NCBI GenBank assembly: GCA_963744705.1
Contig: CAVUUX010000003.1
Location: forward strand, 194,706 to 258,705
Source of the DNA: Ilumatobacteraceae bacterium
Lineage (GTDB): Bacteria > Actinomycetota > Acidimicrobiia > Acidimicrobiales > Ilumatobacteraceae
DNA: 64,000 nucleotides
Reading direction: 5' to 3'
Numbering within the stretch: position 1 is the stretch's first letter; each line of letters begins with the position of its first letter. The translations under genes were made by a program, and so were the position numbers. Under the pieces are notes generated by a model, which saw only the letters and a program-made list of their open reading frames with translations, ran no database searches and had not been told where the DNA came from. Shown one piece after another: positions 39,446 to 48,144 of the stretch.

Positions 39446-40195
39446 TCAGGCGGCGCTGAGCCCGCCCGCGACCTGGATGGTCTGCCCGGTCACCCAACGC
39501 GCCGCGGGCGAGGCCAGGTACACCGCCGCCGATCCGACGTCGCGAGGGGTGCCGAGACCCAGCGGCACGCGCTGGGCGACCTCGTCGATGCCGATGCCTC
39601 GTCGGTCGATGGCATCGAAGAACATCTTGGTCGGGATGATCCCGGGCGCGATCGCATTCACCCGGATGTCCGGCGCCAGTTCGACCGCCATGGTCCGGGT
39701 GAGCGAGATCACCGCGGCCTTGCACGCCGCGTAGTGACCGCCACCGGGCAGCGCACCGAACGCGGCCATCGACGCGATGTTGATGATCGAACCCCACCGC
39801 ATCTGTTCCGCCGCTGCCATCGAGCCGTTCCAGACGGCCGTGAAGTTGAGATCGACACAGCGGTCCCACTCGCCGCGCGTCAGTTCGGCCAGCGACCTGG
39901 TGCCCTCGGAGCCACCCGCGTTGTTGACCCAGATGTCGAGATGGCCGAACTCTTCGACGGCCGCCGTCGCCAGCGAACCCAGGGCGAAGGTGTCGGTCAC
40001 GTCGGTGGGGACGGCGACGGCGTTGCCCCCGGACGCTCGGATCGCTGCGGCGACGAGCTCGATCTCCTCGCTCGTCCTCGACGCGAGGACCACCGACGCG
40101 CCGGCGTCGGCGAGCGAATACGCGATCCCCTCACCGATCCCGCGACCCGCCCCCGTGACGACGGCCACCTGACCTGTCAGATCGAACTCGTCCAC
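39446..40195 (-). CDS. Short-chain dehydrogenase/reductase (SDR)
   Basis: GTG 40195 gives VDEFDLTGQVAVVTGAGRGIGEGIA...NNAGG...YAACKAAVISLT...PGIIPT. Intact. Confidence 0.88.
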   Translation of the reverse strand: MDEFDLTGQVAVVTGAGRGIGEGIAYSLADAGASVVLASRTSEEIELVAAAIRASGGNAVAVPTDVTDTFALGSLATAAVEEFGHLDIWVNNAGGSEGTRSLAELTRGEWDRCVDLNFTAVWNGSMAAAEQMRWGSIINIASMAAFGALPGGGHYAACKAAVISLTRTMAVELAPDIRVNAIAPGIIPTKMFFDAIDRRGIGIDEVAQRVPLGLGTPRDVGSAAVYLASPAARWVTGQTIQVAGGLSAA

Positions 40196-40273
40196 GAGAC
40201 CAGTCTGACAGTTGGACTGACGGATCACCTCGGCCGAAGTGGGCGTTGTCGAGCCCACCACGCGACGGGTCGG

Positions 40274-41737
40274 TCAGTCGGCTGAGCGTCGTCGTTCCAG
40301 GAGCGCGGTCACGGCCTTGCCGTCCGCCTGCCCCCTCGACGCCTTCATCACCGCGCCGACGAGTGCGCCCAGTGCCTTGCCCTCGCCGCCGCAGTACTTC
40401 GCCCACGCATCGGGCTGGGCGGCGATCGCCGTCGTCGACCATCGTCTCGAGTTCCGAGGTGTCCATGCGCCTCGAATCCCTTCGAGGCGGCAATCGCCCG
40501 TGCGTCGCCGCCCCCGTTGGCGACCGATCTCGGCGAGCACCTGCTTGGCCTGGGTGGCCGTCAGTTCGCCGTCGATCTCCATGCCGGTGAGCGTGGCGAG
40601 GTCAGCGGCAGGCACGTCGGCTGCGCGCCCTCGTCGGCGAAGGCCTCCTTCACGTGGACGAGCGCCCGACCCGCATCACCACCCGCCGCGGCCACGGCGA
40701 ACACGTAGGCATCCTGGTCGCGGTCGGTCACCACGAGGATGGCTTCGGCGTCGGGACGCTGGCCCGTCGCCTCGGCGAGCTGCACACGACGCGCCGCGGG
40801 CAGCACCGGCAGCGAGTAGCGGACGCGTTCGATCCATTCGGGGTCGGGGTCGACCACCACGAGGTCGGGTTCCTGGAAGTACCGGTAGTCGTCGGCGTCC
40901 TCCTTCTGACCGCAGGGTGTGCGTGCGGCCGTCGGTCTCGTTCCAGTGTCGGGTCTCCTGGCGGATCGATTCACCGGCCTCGAGCATGGCGACCTGGCGC
41001 TGAGCCTCGTACTCGATGGCCCGGCCGACCGAGCGCACGGAGTTGACGTTCTTGATCTCGCAGCGCGTGCCGAACTCGGCGCCCGGCAGGCGAACGCTGA
41101 CGTTCGCATCGACGCGCATGGAGCCCTCCTCCATCTTGGCGTCGGACGCGCCGACCGCGACGAGGATGGCTCGGAGTTCGCTGACGTACGCCTTGGCCTG
41201 CTCCGGGTTGCGGATGTCGGGTCGGCTCACGATCTCGACCAACGGGACGCCGGCGCGGTTGAAGTCGATCAGCGAGTAGTCACTGCCGTGGAGACGTCCG
41301 CCGGTGCCGCCGACGTGGGTCGACTTGCCGGTGTCCTCCTCCAGGTGCGCGCGTTCGATGCCGACGCGGAAACCATCCGGCAGGTCGAGCCAGCCGTCGA
41401 CGCAGATCGGCTCGTCGTACTGACTGATCTGGTACGCCTTGGGCATGTCCGGGTAGAAGTAGTTCTTGCGGGCGAAGGTCGAACGCTGCACCCTGCAGTT
41501 CACCGCCAGCCCGAGCCGCATCGCGAGTTCGACCGCCTGACGGTTGAGCACCGGGAGCGCGCCGGGCAGGCCGAGCGTGACGGGGTCGATGTTGGTGTTC
41601 GGTTCGTCACCGAATCGGTTGGGCGATGCCGAGAAGAGCTTCGTGCGGGTGGCGAGTTCGACGTGGACCTCGAGGCCGACGACCATCTCGTAGCCGTGGA
41701 ACGTCCAGGCGGCATCGGCCGCGACGGTCTCGCTCAT
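40274..41737 (-). pseudogene. gatB: Asp/Glu-tRNA amidotransferase subunit B; about 5 frame breaks
   Basis: ORF 40676..41737 reads [22 protein letters not shown]...[11 protein letters not shown]...[21 protein letters not shown]...[11 protein letters not shown]...[14 protein letters not shown]...MRVDANVSV...[11 protein letters not shown]. Later pieces read [68 protein letters not shown] and AIAAQPDAWAKYCGGEGKALGALVGAVMKASRGQADGKAV. Breaks lie near 40915, 40620, 40517, 40468 and 40435. Confidence 0.9.
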
Positions 41738-43179
41738 CTCGGCGCCCTCCGTTCGAGTTCGGCCGCGGTTCGGAACATCGTGGCCTCCTGCAGTGCGGGG
41801 GCGAGAACCTGCACGCCCACGGGCAGACCGTCGTCGCCGGTGCCGAACGGCACGCTCATGGCGGGATCGCCGGTGAGGTTCGACGGGATCGTGTACGTGT
41901 CGCAGAGGTACATCGACATCGGGTCGGCGGTCTTGTCGCCGAGGTGGAACGCGACCGTCGGCGACGCCGGGGTGAGCAGCACGTCGGCGCGTTCGTACGC
42001 GGCGGCGAAGTCGTCGGCGATCCGTCGACGCACCTTCAGCGCACGGCCGTAGTACGCGTCGTAGTAGCCGGCCGACAGCGCATAGGTGCCGAGCATGATG
42101 CGTCGCTTCACCTCCGCGCCGAAGCCGTCGGTGCGGGTGGCCATGTACATCGCGTTCGTGTCGGGCGCCTCGACCCGGTGACCGAAGCGCACGCCGTCGT
42201 ACCGGGCGAGATTGCTCGACGCCTCGGCGGGGGCGATCAGGTAGTAGGCGGTCAGACCGTACGAGAACGCGGGCACCTCGACGTCGACGATCTCGGCGCC
42301 GGCCTCGCGCAGGGCGTCGAAGGCCTGGTCCATCCGCTCCACGACGTCGGGGCTGGCACCTTCGGGCAGGTCGGTGATGCGGCCGACCCGGAGGCCCATC
42401 ACGCCGAAGTCGAGGTGACGGGTGATGTCGAGCGGCCCCTGACGGATCGACGTCGAGTCCATGGGGTCATGGCCCGAGATGGTCTCGAGCAGCAGCGACG
42501 CGTCGGCGACCGTGTTGGCGAACGGCCCGATCTGGTCGAGGCTCGACGCGAACGCCACGAGCCCGTAGCGACTCACCGCACCGTAGGTGGGCTTGACGCC
42601 GACCACCCCGCACAACGCTGCGGGCTGGCGAATCGAGCCGCCGGTGTCGGAACCGAGGCTGAGCGCGGCGAACCCCGCGGCCACGGCTGCGGCCGATCCA
42701 CCGCTGGAGCCGCCCGGCACGCGGCTCGTGTCGTGCGGGTTGCGGGTGGGGCCGAACGCCGAGTTCTCGGTGCTCGATCCCATGGCGAACTCGTCGAGGT
42801 TCGTCTTGCCGATGATCACTGCGCCGGCCTCGCGCAGCTTCGTGACGACCGTGGCGTCGTAGGGCGGCTTCCAGCCGTCGAGGATCTTCGACGAGCACGT
42901 CGTCGGGATGCCCCGGGTGCACATGTTGTCCTTGAGCGCGATGGGCACGCCGGCGAGCGCGCCGGGATCGCGGCCGACGGCGACCGCGTCGTCGATCTCG
43001 GCCGCGCGGGAGCGGGCCTCGTCGGCGAGCACGAGGTTGAAGGCGTGGATCTCCCCCTCGCGCCGCTCGATCTCGGCGAGATGGCGTTCGACCACCTCGG
43101 TCGCCGTGACGACGTTGTTGCGGACGTTCCAGGCGATGTCGGTGGCCGTCCCGATCGCCGACCCGTTCGGATCGGCCAT
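41734..43179 (-). CDS. gatA: Asp/Glu-tRNA amidotransferase subunit A
   Basis: Intact 481 aa with the amidase signature [32 protein letters not shown]. Confidence 0.95.
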   Translation of the reverse strand: MADPNGSAIGTATDIAWNVRNNVVTATEVVERHLAEIERREGEIHAFNLVLADEARSRAAEIDDAVAVGRDPGALAGVPIALKDNMCTRGIPTTCSSKILDGWKPPYDATVVTKLREAGAVIIGKTNLDEFAMGSSTENSAFGPTRNPHDTSRVPGGSSGGSAAAVAAGFAALSLGSDTGGSIRQPAALCGVVGVKPTYGAVSRYGLVAFASSLDQIGPFANTVADASLLLETISGHDPMDSTSIRQGPLDITRHLDFGVMGLRVGRITDLPEGASPDVVERMDQAFDALREAGAEIVDVEVPAFSYGLTAYYLIAPAEASSNLARYDGVRFGHRVEAPDTNAMYMATRTDGFGAEVKRRIMLGTYALSAGYYDAYYGRALKVRRRIADDFAAAYERADVLLTPASPTVAFHLGDKTADPMSMYLCDTYTIPSNLTGDPAMSVPFGTGDDGLPVGVQVLAPALQEATMFRTAAELERRAPR

Positions 43180-43490
43180 CAGGCGTCCAACCCGACGATC
43201 GGTGGCACGCGGAAGCGGCCGTCCTCGGAGGCCGGTGCAGCAGCGAGCACCTCGTCGCGGTCGAGGCAGTCCATCTCGATGTCCTCGCGCATCACATTGG
43301 CGATCGGCGTGGGATGGGTCATCGGTTCGACCCCGTCGAGGTCGAGTGCGTCGATGTCGGCGAAGTGGTCGAGCATGTCACTGAGCTGATGGGTCGCCTG
43401 TTGCAGTTCGTCGTCGCTGAGCGACAGCCGAGCGAGCTTGGCCACCTTCGCGACAGCCTCGGGGGTGATGCGGTCGGACACGACCCCCAA
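43179..43490 (-). CDS. gatC: Asp/Glu-tRNA amidotransferase subunit C
   Basis: ITPEAVAKVAKLARLSLSDDELQQATHQLSDMLDHFADIDALDLDGVEPMTHP. It sits immediately upstream of gatA. The exact start is uncertain. Confidence 0.9.
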   Translation of the reverse strand: MGVVSDRITPEAVAKVAKLARLSLSDDELQQATHQLSDMLDHFADIDALDLDGVEPMTHPTPIANVMREDIEMDCLDRDEVLAAAPASEDGRFRVPPIVGLDA

Positions 43491-43600
43491 CGCTACCCGC
43501 CCCTCCCGACCCCCACCCTCCCCGAAATTCTCCTCGGGATGCGCGCTGAGCGCGCACTCTCAGGAGAATTTCGGGGGTGAGGGGGGTGGGCCGACGTAGC
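43491..43600. repeat. Nested palindromic element (outer arms ...CCCCGAAATTCTCCT / AGGAGAATTTCGGGG..., inner hairpin TGCGCGC-TGA-GCGCGCA)
   Basis: It has imperfect inverted arms of about 44 nt that begin and end with CGCTAC and GTAGCG. The right arm encodes the last residues and the stop of the citrate synthase gene (...PPPSPPKFS*). A related element lies at 48036-48097. Confidence 0.7.
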
Positions 43601-44699
43601 GGGAGGAGGGGCGGATGAGTTTGCCGACGGCCGCTTGCTCCACGATGTGGGCGCACCAGCCGACGGTGCGGCTGACGGCGAAGGTCGGCGTGAACATCGT
43701 GCGGGGCAGGCCTGCTGTCTCCATGACCACGCCGGCGTAGAACTCGACGTTGCTCGGCAGGGGTCGGCCCGGCTTGAGTTCGGCGAGCGTCACGAGGATC
43801 TCGGCCTCGACGGCGATCGCGAGATCGACGAGCTCGCCGCCCAGCCGCTCCGCCACCTCTCTGAGGAGCCCCGAACGGGGATCGGGCGCGCGGTACACGG
43901 CATGCCCGAACCCCATGATCCGGCGCCCCGCGGCCACTTCCCCGCGGACCCAGTCGGCGGCCCTGTCGACCGTCCCGATCTCGTCGAGCGCATCGAGCGC
44001 TCGGCTCGGAGCGCCACCGTGCAACGGGCCCGACAGCGCCCCGAGCGCTGCGCACACCGCATCGGCAGGATCGGCACCCGTCGACGCGACCACGCGGGCC
44101 GTGAACGTCGACGCGTTGAACCCGTGGTCGATCGTGAGGATCATGTACTGCTCGACCGCTCGGGCCGCCACCGGCGTCGGGACGACCCCGGTCACCTGAT
44201 GGACGTACGACGCGGCATGACCGAGTGACGGATCGACCTCGACCGGCTCCTCGCCTCGGCTCATCCGATGGAGCGCGGCGACGATCGAGGGCACCAGTGC
44301 GGCGAGCCGAAGCGTCTGCTCGCGCCGCTCGGCGTCGTCGACATCGATCACCGGTGTGAGCCCGAGCAGACCGGCCGAGACCGACAGGACCGCGCGGAGC
44401 TTCGCCAGCATCGGGGCCTCCTGATCAGCCACGACCTCGATCACAGGAATCAACGCGGGCGGGACGGCGCGCAGTCCGGCGACCTCGGCCCGGAACTCTG
44501 CCGCCTCGGCGGGCGTCGGGAGCCGACCGTTTCGGAGGAGGAACCACACATCCTCGAACGAGCGGGTCCTGGCAAGGGTCGTTGCATCGTGCTCGCCGTA
44601 GTGGAAGAAGCCTCGATCGCCGTCCACCGCGCCGATCGCGGTGTCGGCGGCCACGACCCCGTTGAGTCCGGCGGGAACCTCGATGAGTTGTTGTGTCAT
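43560..44699 (-). CDS. Citrate synthase family protein (citrate/2-methylcitrate synthase type)
   Basis: Intact 379 aa. It reads GLNGVVAADTAIG...ILTIDHGFNASTFTARVVASTGAD...GPLHGGAP...GFGHAVYRAPDPR...NVEFYAGVV. Confidence 0.9.
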   Translation of the reverse strand: MTQQLIEVPAGLNGVVAADTAIGAVDGDRGFFHYGEHDATTLARTRSFEDVWFLLRNGRLPTPAEAAEFRAEVAGLRAVPPALIPVIEVVADQEAPMLAKLRAVLSVSAGLLGLTPVIDVDDAERREQTLRLAALVPSIVAALHRMSRGEEPVEVDPSLGHAASYVHQVTGVVPTPVAARAVEQYMILTIDHGFNASTFTARVVASTGADPADAVCAALGALSGPLHGGAPSRALDALDEIGTVDRAADWVRGEVAAGRRIMGFGHAVYRAPDPRSGLLREVAERLGGELVDLAIAVEAEILVTLAELKPGRPLPSNVEFYAGVVMETAGLPRTMFTPTFAVSRTVGWCAHIVEQAAVGKLIRPSSRYVGPPPSPPKFS

Positions 44700-44786
44700 G
44701 TGCCGAGTGTCAATCGGTCAACCATCGAAATCAACATTGATTCGATCAACGTTGACGACATCAACCCGTTGACGCACGATGGAGCG

Positions 44787-45938
44787 GTGAGCACGTTCAT
44801 CAGATCGACCGAGGCAGCCGCACTGCTGAACGTGTCGAAGCCCACGCTGTACGCCTACGTGAGTCGAGGTCGGCTCACACGCACGACCGGCGCCGACGGT
44901 CGGACATCGCTGTTTGCCCGCGACGAAGTCGAGCGCCTGGCGCAACGGAGTCGTCGCGCGCCGACCGGACCGCGACCGACCATCGACGTGCAGATCTCCT
45001 CCGACATCACCACGATCGACGAATCGTCGTTGCGGTATTTCGGCCACGACGTCATCGACCTCGCGGCGAACCACCGTTTCGAGGACGTCGCCGAGATGCT
45101 CTGGTCGAACGGCATCGGACCGATCTCGTCCGTGACGAGATGGCCGGCGGTGTCGCCGGTGGACCGCAACGGACTCGCCCCGGCGGCGGTCCTGGAGATG
45201 TCGCCGATCGCGCGGATCGCGACAGCGTCGTACCTACTCGGCTCGCTGCATCCCGACGACTCCGCAGGCGATGCGGCACGGCGGCTTCTCCTCGCGGTCC
45301 CCGATCTGCTCGGCTCGGCCCGTCGAACGGGGCGCTACGCGGACCGGCTCGCCGCTGCATGGCAGCGTCGCCCGACACCCGAACTCGTCGATGCGATCGA
45401 CACCGCGCTCGTCCTGCTCGCCGATCACGAGTTGGCGACGAGCACCCTCGCCGTGCGCATCGCTGCGTCGGTGCGCACTTCGCCGTCCGTCGCCTTCGCC
45501 GCCGGGCTGGCCTGCATGGAGGGAGCGCTCCACGGTGCAGCATCTGCCGAGGCCCACCGGTTCCTCGAGAGGTGTGCCGAGACGGAGCCGTCCACCGTCA
45601 TCGCCCAACTGCGAGCCGAACGTCGCCCTGTCCCCGGGTTCGGCCACAAGGTCTATCGGGGCGTCGACCCGAGGTTCTCTCCTCTGCTCGACTGCGTGCG
45701 TCGGCTCGACCCCGACGCGGCCGGGGTTGTCGACGCCGTCGTCGCCGAGGCAGGACGGGTGATGTCGCACCAACCCAACGTGGATCTCGCGCTCGGGGCC
45801 CTCACGGTGGCGGCGGGGCTCGAGCCGAACACGCCGATCTTCGCCATTGCGCGCATCGCCGGCTGGGGGGCCCACTACGCCGAGGAGATCACCGAGCCGC
45901 CGGTCCGTTTCCGTGGTGTGGCGACGCCGACGCGATGA
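44787..45938 (+). CDS. Citrate-synthase-like protein with N-terminal MerR/excisionase-type HTH domain
   Basis: GTG 44787 gives VSTFIRSTEAAALLNVSKPTLYAYVSRGRLTR...SLFARDEVERLA (HTH). The citrate synthase fold follows: LLADHELATSTLAVRIAAS...GALHGAAS...GFGHKVYRGVDPRF...NVDLALGAL...ARIAGWGAHYAEE. Intact, and divergent from 43560..44699. Confidence 0.8.
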   Translation: MSTFIRSTEAAALLNVSKPTLYAYVSRGRLTRTTGADGRTSLFARDEVERLAQRSRRAPTGPRPTIDVQISSDITTIDESSLRYFGHDVIDLAANHRFEDVAEMLWSNGIGPISSVTRWPAVSPVDRNGLAPAAVLEMSPIARIATASYLLGSLHPDDSAGDAARRLLLAVPDLLGSARRTGRYADRLAAAWQRRPTPELVDAIDTALVLLADHELATSTLAVRIAASVRTSPSVAFAAGLACMEGALHGAASAEAHRFLERCAETEPSTVIAQLRAERRPVPGFGHKVYRGVDPRFSPLLDCVRRLDPDAAGVVDAVVAEAGRVMSHQPNVDLALGALTVAAGLEPNTPIFAIARIAGWGAHYAEEITEPPVRFRGVATPTR

Positions 45939-45977
45939 TGCCGTTCGCCGACCGACTCTGATCAGGTCGGATTCACC

Positions 45978-47219
45978 TCACCAACCACTCGCGTCGGCCA
46001 GCTCCGAAGTGTCTCGACGCCGCCCTCCGGCGAGACCATCGTCGCGCAGACGCACACGATCGGCGGCGGCGGCGCCCGATCTGACACCCAACAGGTCACG
46101 TTCGCGAACACCCCTGCGACTGGTCAGGACGTCGAACATCCGCTCGATCAGTTCGTCGACCGCCTTGCGGTCGGACACCAGAACAGGGAGGACGCTGCCC
46201 GGAGCGTCGCCGACGGCCACGGTCGCCGCCAACCGCTCGCCGACGCGACGGGCGAACCCGGCGATGAAGGATGCTCGATACCTCCGGCTCCTGCGGCGAT
46301 CACCCGGCGCACTCGTCGACGAGTCGATGATCAATGCCGATTGCAGCTGGATCAGCAACGAGGTGAACAGCAACTCGATGTGGACGAGTTGACCCGACGG
46401 CCCGACCACGGTCACCAGACCCAGGTCGCGCTCGCCGATCGTGCGGGCGTCGTTGGCAGCTGCGATCGCAGCCAGCAGAATGCGCTTCTCGTTGACGTAC
46501 GGCTCGTCGATCGGAACACGGATCGCCGACACCCTCCCCGATCCTCCGTTCGGCGTCTTCGACACGCGCAGAGCGGCCTCGTCGAGTCGCGCCGAGGTGA
46601 TCAACGACTGGGCCTTCGCGGTGAACGCCTCGGCCTCGGCGGGAAACTCCGTCGACTCGGCCTTGGCCAGCAGCGACCGGATGCGGTCGAGGATCGGATC
46701 GCCACGAACCTCACCGACCAGGACGTCGACATCGACCGACGGGTCGCCCGGCGATGGGATCAGGCGCGCCAGGCGTGGCAGCCTGGCGAGCAGCGCGACC
46801 AGCCTGGCGATGTCGTCGAGACGGTCGAGGTCGGGGTCGCTGCGTTCGAACCAGTCGGCTTCGATCGGCTCGAACCCAGCCGTCACACCACGCACCTGAT
46901 CGGCCCAGCTCGGATGCACGTCGCGTAGTGCGTTTGCCCGGAACTCGACCGCGATCGCTCGGGCGAGAAGATTCTGGCACCACGGATCGAGGCCCGAGCG
47001 CCGCACGTGTCGCACGAGTTCGACCGGCTGCCATCCCCTCGTCCACGCATCACCGATGACGCGAAGCAGCTCGGCTCGAACACGAGCCCGTCGATCGGTG
47101 TCGTCCGGGCGACGATCACGATCGCTCGTCGGCGGCCGACCCGGTGGACGAACCGGACCCTGTCGGGCCGCTGACTTTCGCTTCTTGGCTGCGCGCCGCT
47201 GTCGATTCTGCTTGCCCAT
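45978..47219 (-). CDS. DUF2786-domain protein
   Basis: ATG 47219 gives MGKQNRQRRAAKKRKSAARQ... The central ILDRIRSLLAKAESTEFPAEAEAFTAKAQSLI matches the DUF2786 motif. Intact. Confidence 0.7.
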   Translation of the reverse strand: MGKQNRQRRAAKKRKSAARQGPVRPPGRPPTSDRDRRPDDTDRRARVRAELLRVIGDAWTRGWQPVELVRHVRRSGLDPWCQNLLARAIAVEFRANALRDVHPSWADQVRGVTAGFEPIEADWFERSDPDLDRLDDIARLVALLARLPRLARLIPSPGDPSVDVDVLVGEVRGDPILDRIRSLLAKAESTEFPAEAEAFTAKAQSLITSARLDEAALRVSKTPNGGSGRVSAIRVPIDEPYVNEKRILLAAIAAANDARTIGERDLGLVTVVGPSGQLVHIELLFTSLLIQLQSALIIDSSTSAPGDRRRSRRYRASFIAGFARRVGERLAATVAVGDAPGSVLPVLVSDRKAVDELIERMFDVLTSRRGVRERDLLGVRSGAAAADRVRLRDDGLAGGRRRDTSELADASGW

Positions 47220-47352
47220 GGGTCCTCCCGAGCTCGATGTCGCGGTCGGTCGCATCGAGCGACGAGTCGGACGGCGCACGCACGCTCGTCCTCCCGGATC
47301 AGTATGAACGACCCCTGTCACCGAGTTCTCGGAGACGCCAAGCTGTGCGGCG

Positions 47353-48012
47353 ATGATGTCCATGGAGGCGCTCCGGCGCGAACTCGAGGCGGTCGCCGAT
47401 GTCACGTCGGCGCAACCGATGGCCGCCTACATGAGGGAGCAATTCGAGTTCATGGGGATCAAGACAGCGCAACGCCGGCTGGCGGCGAAGCCGACGATGG
47501 CCCAGGCCCGGCAAGCGAGTGGCGACGAACTCATTGCGTTCGCCCGCCACTGCTGGAACGAGCCCGAGCGGGAGTTCCAGTACGTGGGCACCGACGTCCT
47601 GACCGCCAATGTCGCCCGACTCGAGTCACGACACCTCGCCGACATCGAGGGGTTGATCACCGCCAAGTCGTGGTGGGACACCGTCGACGGCCTCGCGGCG
47701 TGGTGTGTCGGCGGGCTCGTGCGAGTCGACCGCACGTTGGTCACCGAGATGGACCGTTGGATCGACGCCGACGACATCTGGCTCGCGCGTTCGGCGATCC
47801 TCCACCAGCTCCGCTGGGGCGCCGACACCGACGCCGACCGGTTGTTCGACTACTCGCTCCGGCGCGCCGGCGACACCGAGTTCTTCATCCGCAAGGCGAT
47901 CGGATGGGCGCTGCGTCAGTACGCCCGGATCGATCCCGACGCCGTCCGCACCCTCGTCACGACACACGAGTTCTCCGGCCTCACCCGCCGAGAAGCCCTC
48001 AGACACCTCTGA
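47353..48012 (+). CDS. DNA alkylation repair protein (AlkD-like HEAT-repeat family)
   Basis: Intact 219 aa. It reads AAYMREQFEFMGIKTAQRR...EREFQYVG...SWWDTVDGLA...WLARSAILHQL...EFFIRKAIGWALRQYAR. Confidence 0.82.
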   Translation: MMSMEALRRELEAVADVTSAQPMAAYMREQFEFMGIKTAQRRLAAKPTMAQARQASGDELIAFARHCWNEPEREFQYVGTDVLTANVARLESRHLADIEGLITAKSWWDTVDGLAAWCVGGLVRVDRTLVTEMDRWIDADDIWLARSAILHQLRWGADTDADRLFDYSLRRAGDTEFFIRKAIGWALRQYARIDPDAVRTLVTTHEFSGLTRREALRHL

Positions 48013-48035
48013 TTCCGATCGGGGATCACGGTCCC

Positions 48036-48097
48036 CCACCCCGAAATGTGCACCGATGTGCGCGCCCAGCGCGCACTGGGAGGCATTTTCGGGGATC
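48036..48097. repeat. Nested palindromic element, second copy (CCCCGAAATG...CATTTTCGGGG around GTGCGCGC-CCA-GCGCGCAC)
   Basis: Located between the convergent alkD-like and alpha-galactosidase genes. It shares the outer CCCCGAAAT/ATTTCGGGG arms and the inner GCGCGC hairpin with 43491-43600. Confidence 0.65.
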
Positions 48098-48144
48098 AGG
48101 AGGTTCGGCGGACGGCTCATCGGAAGGCTCCGCGCTCCGGAGAT

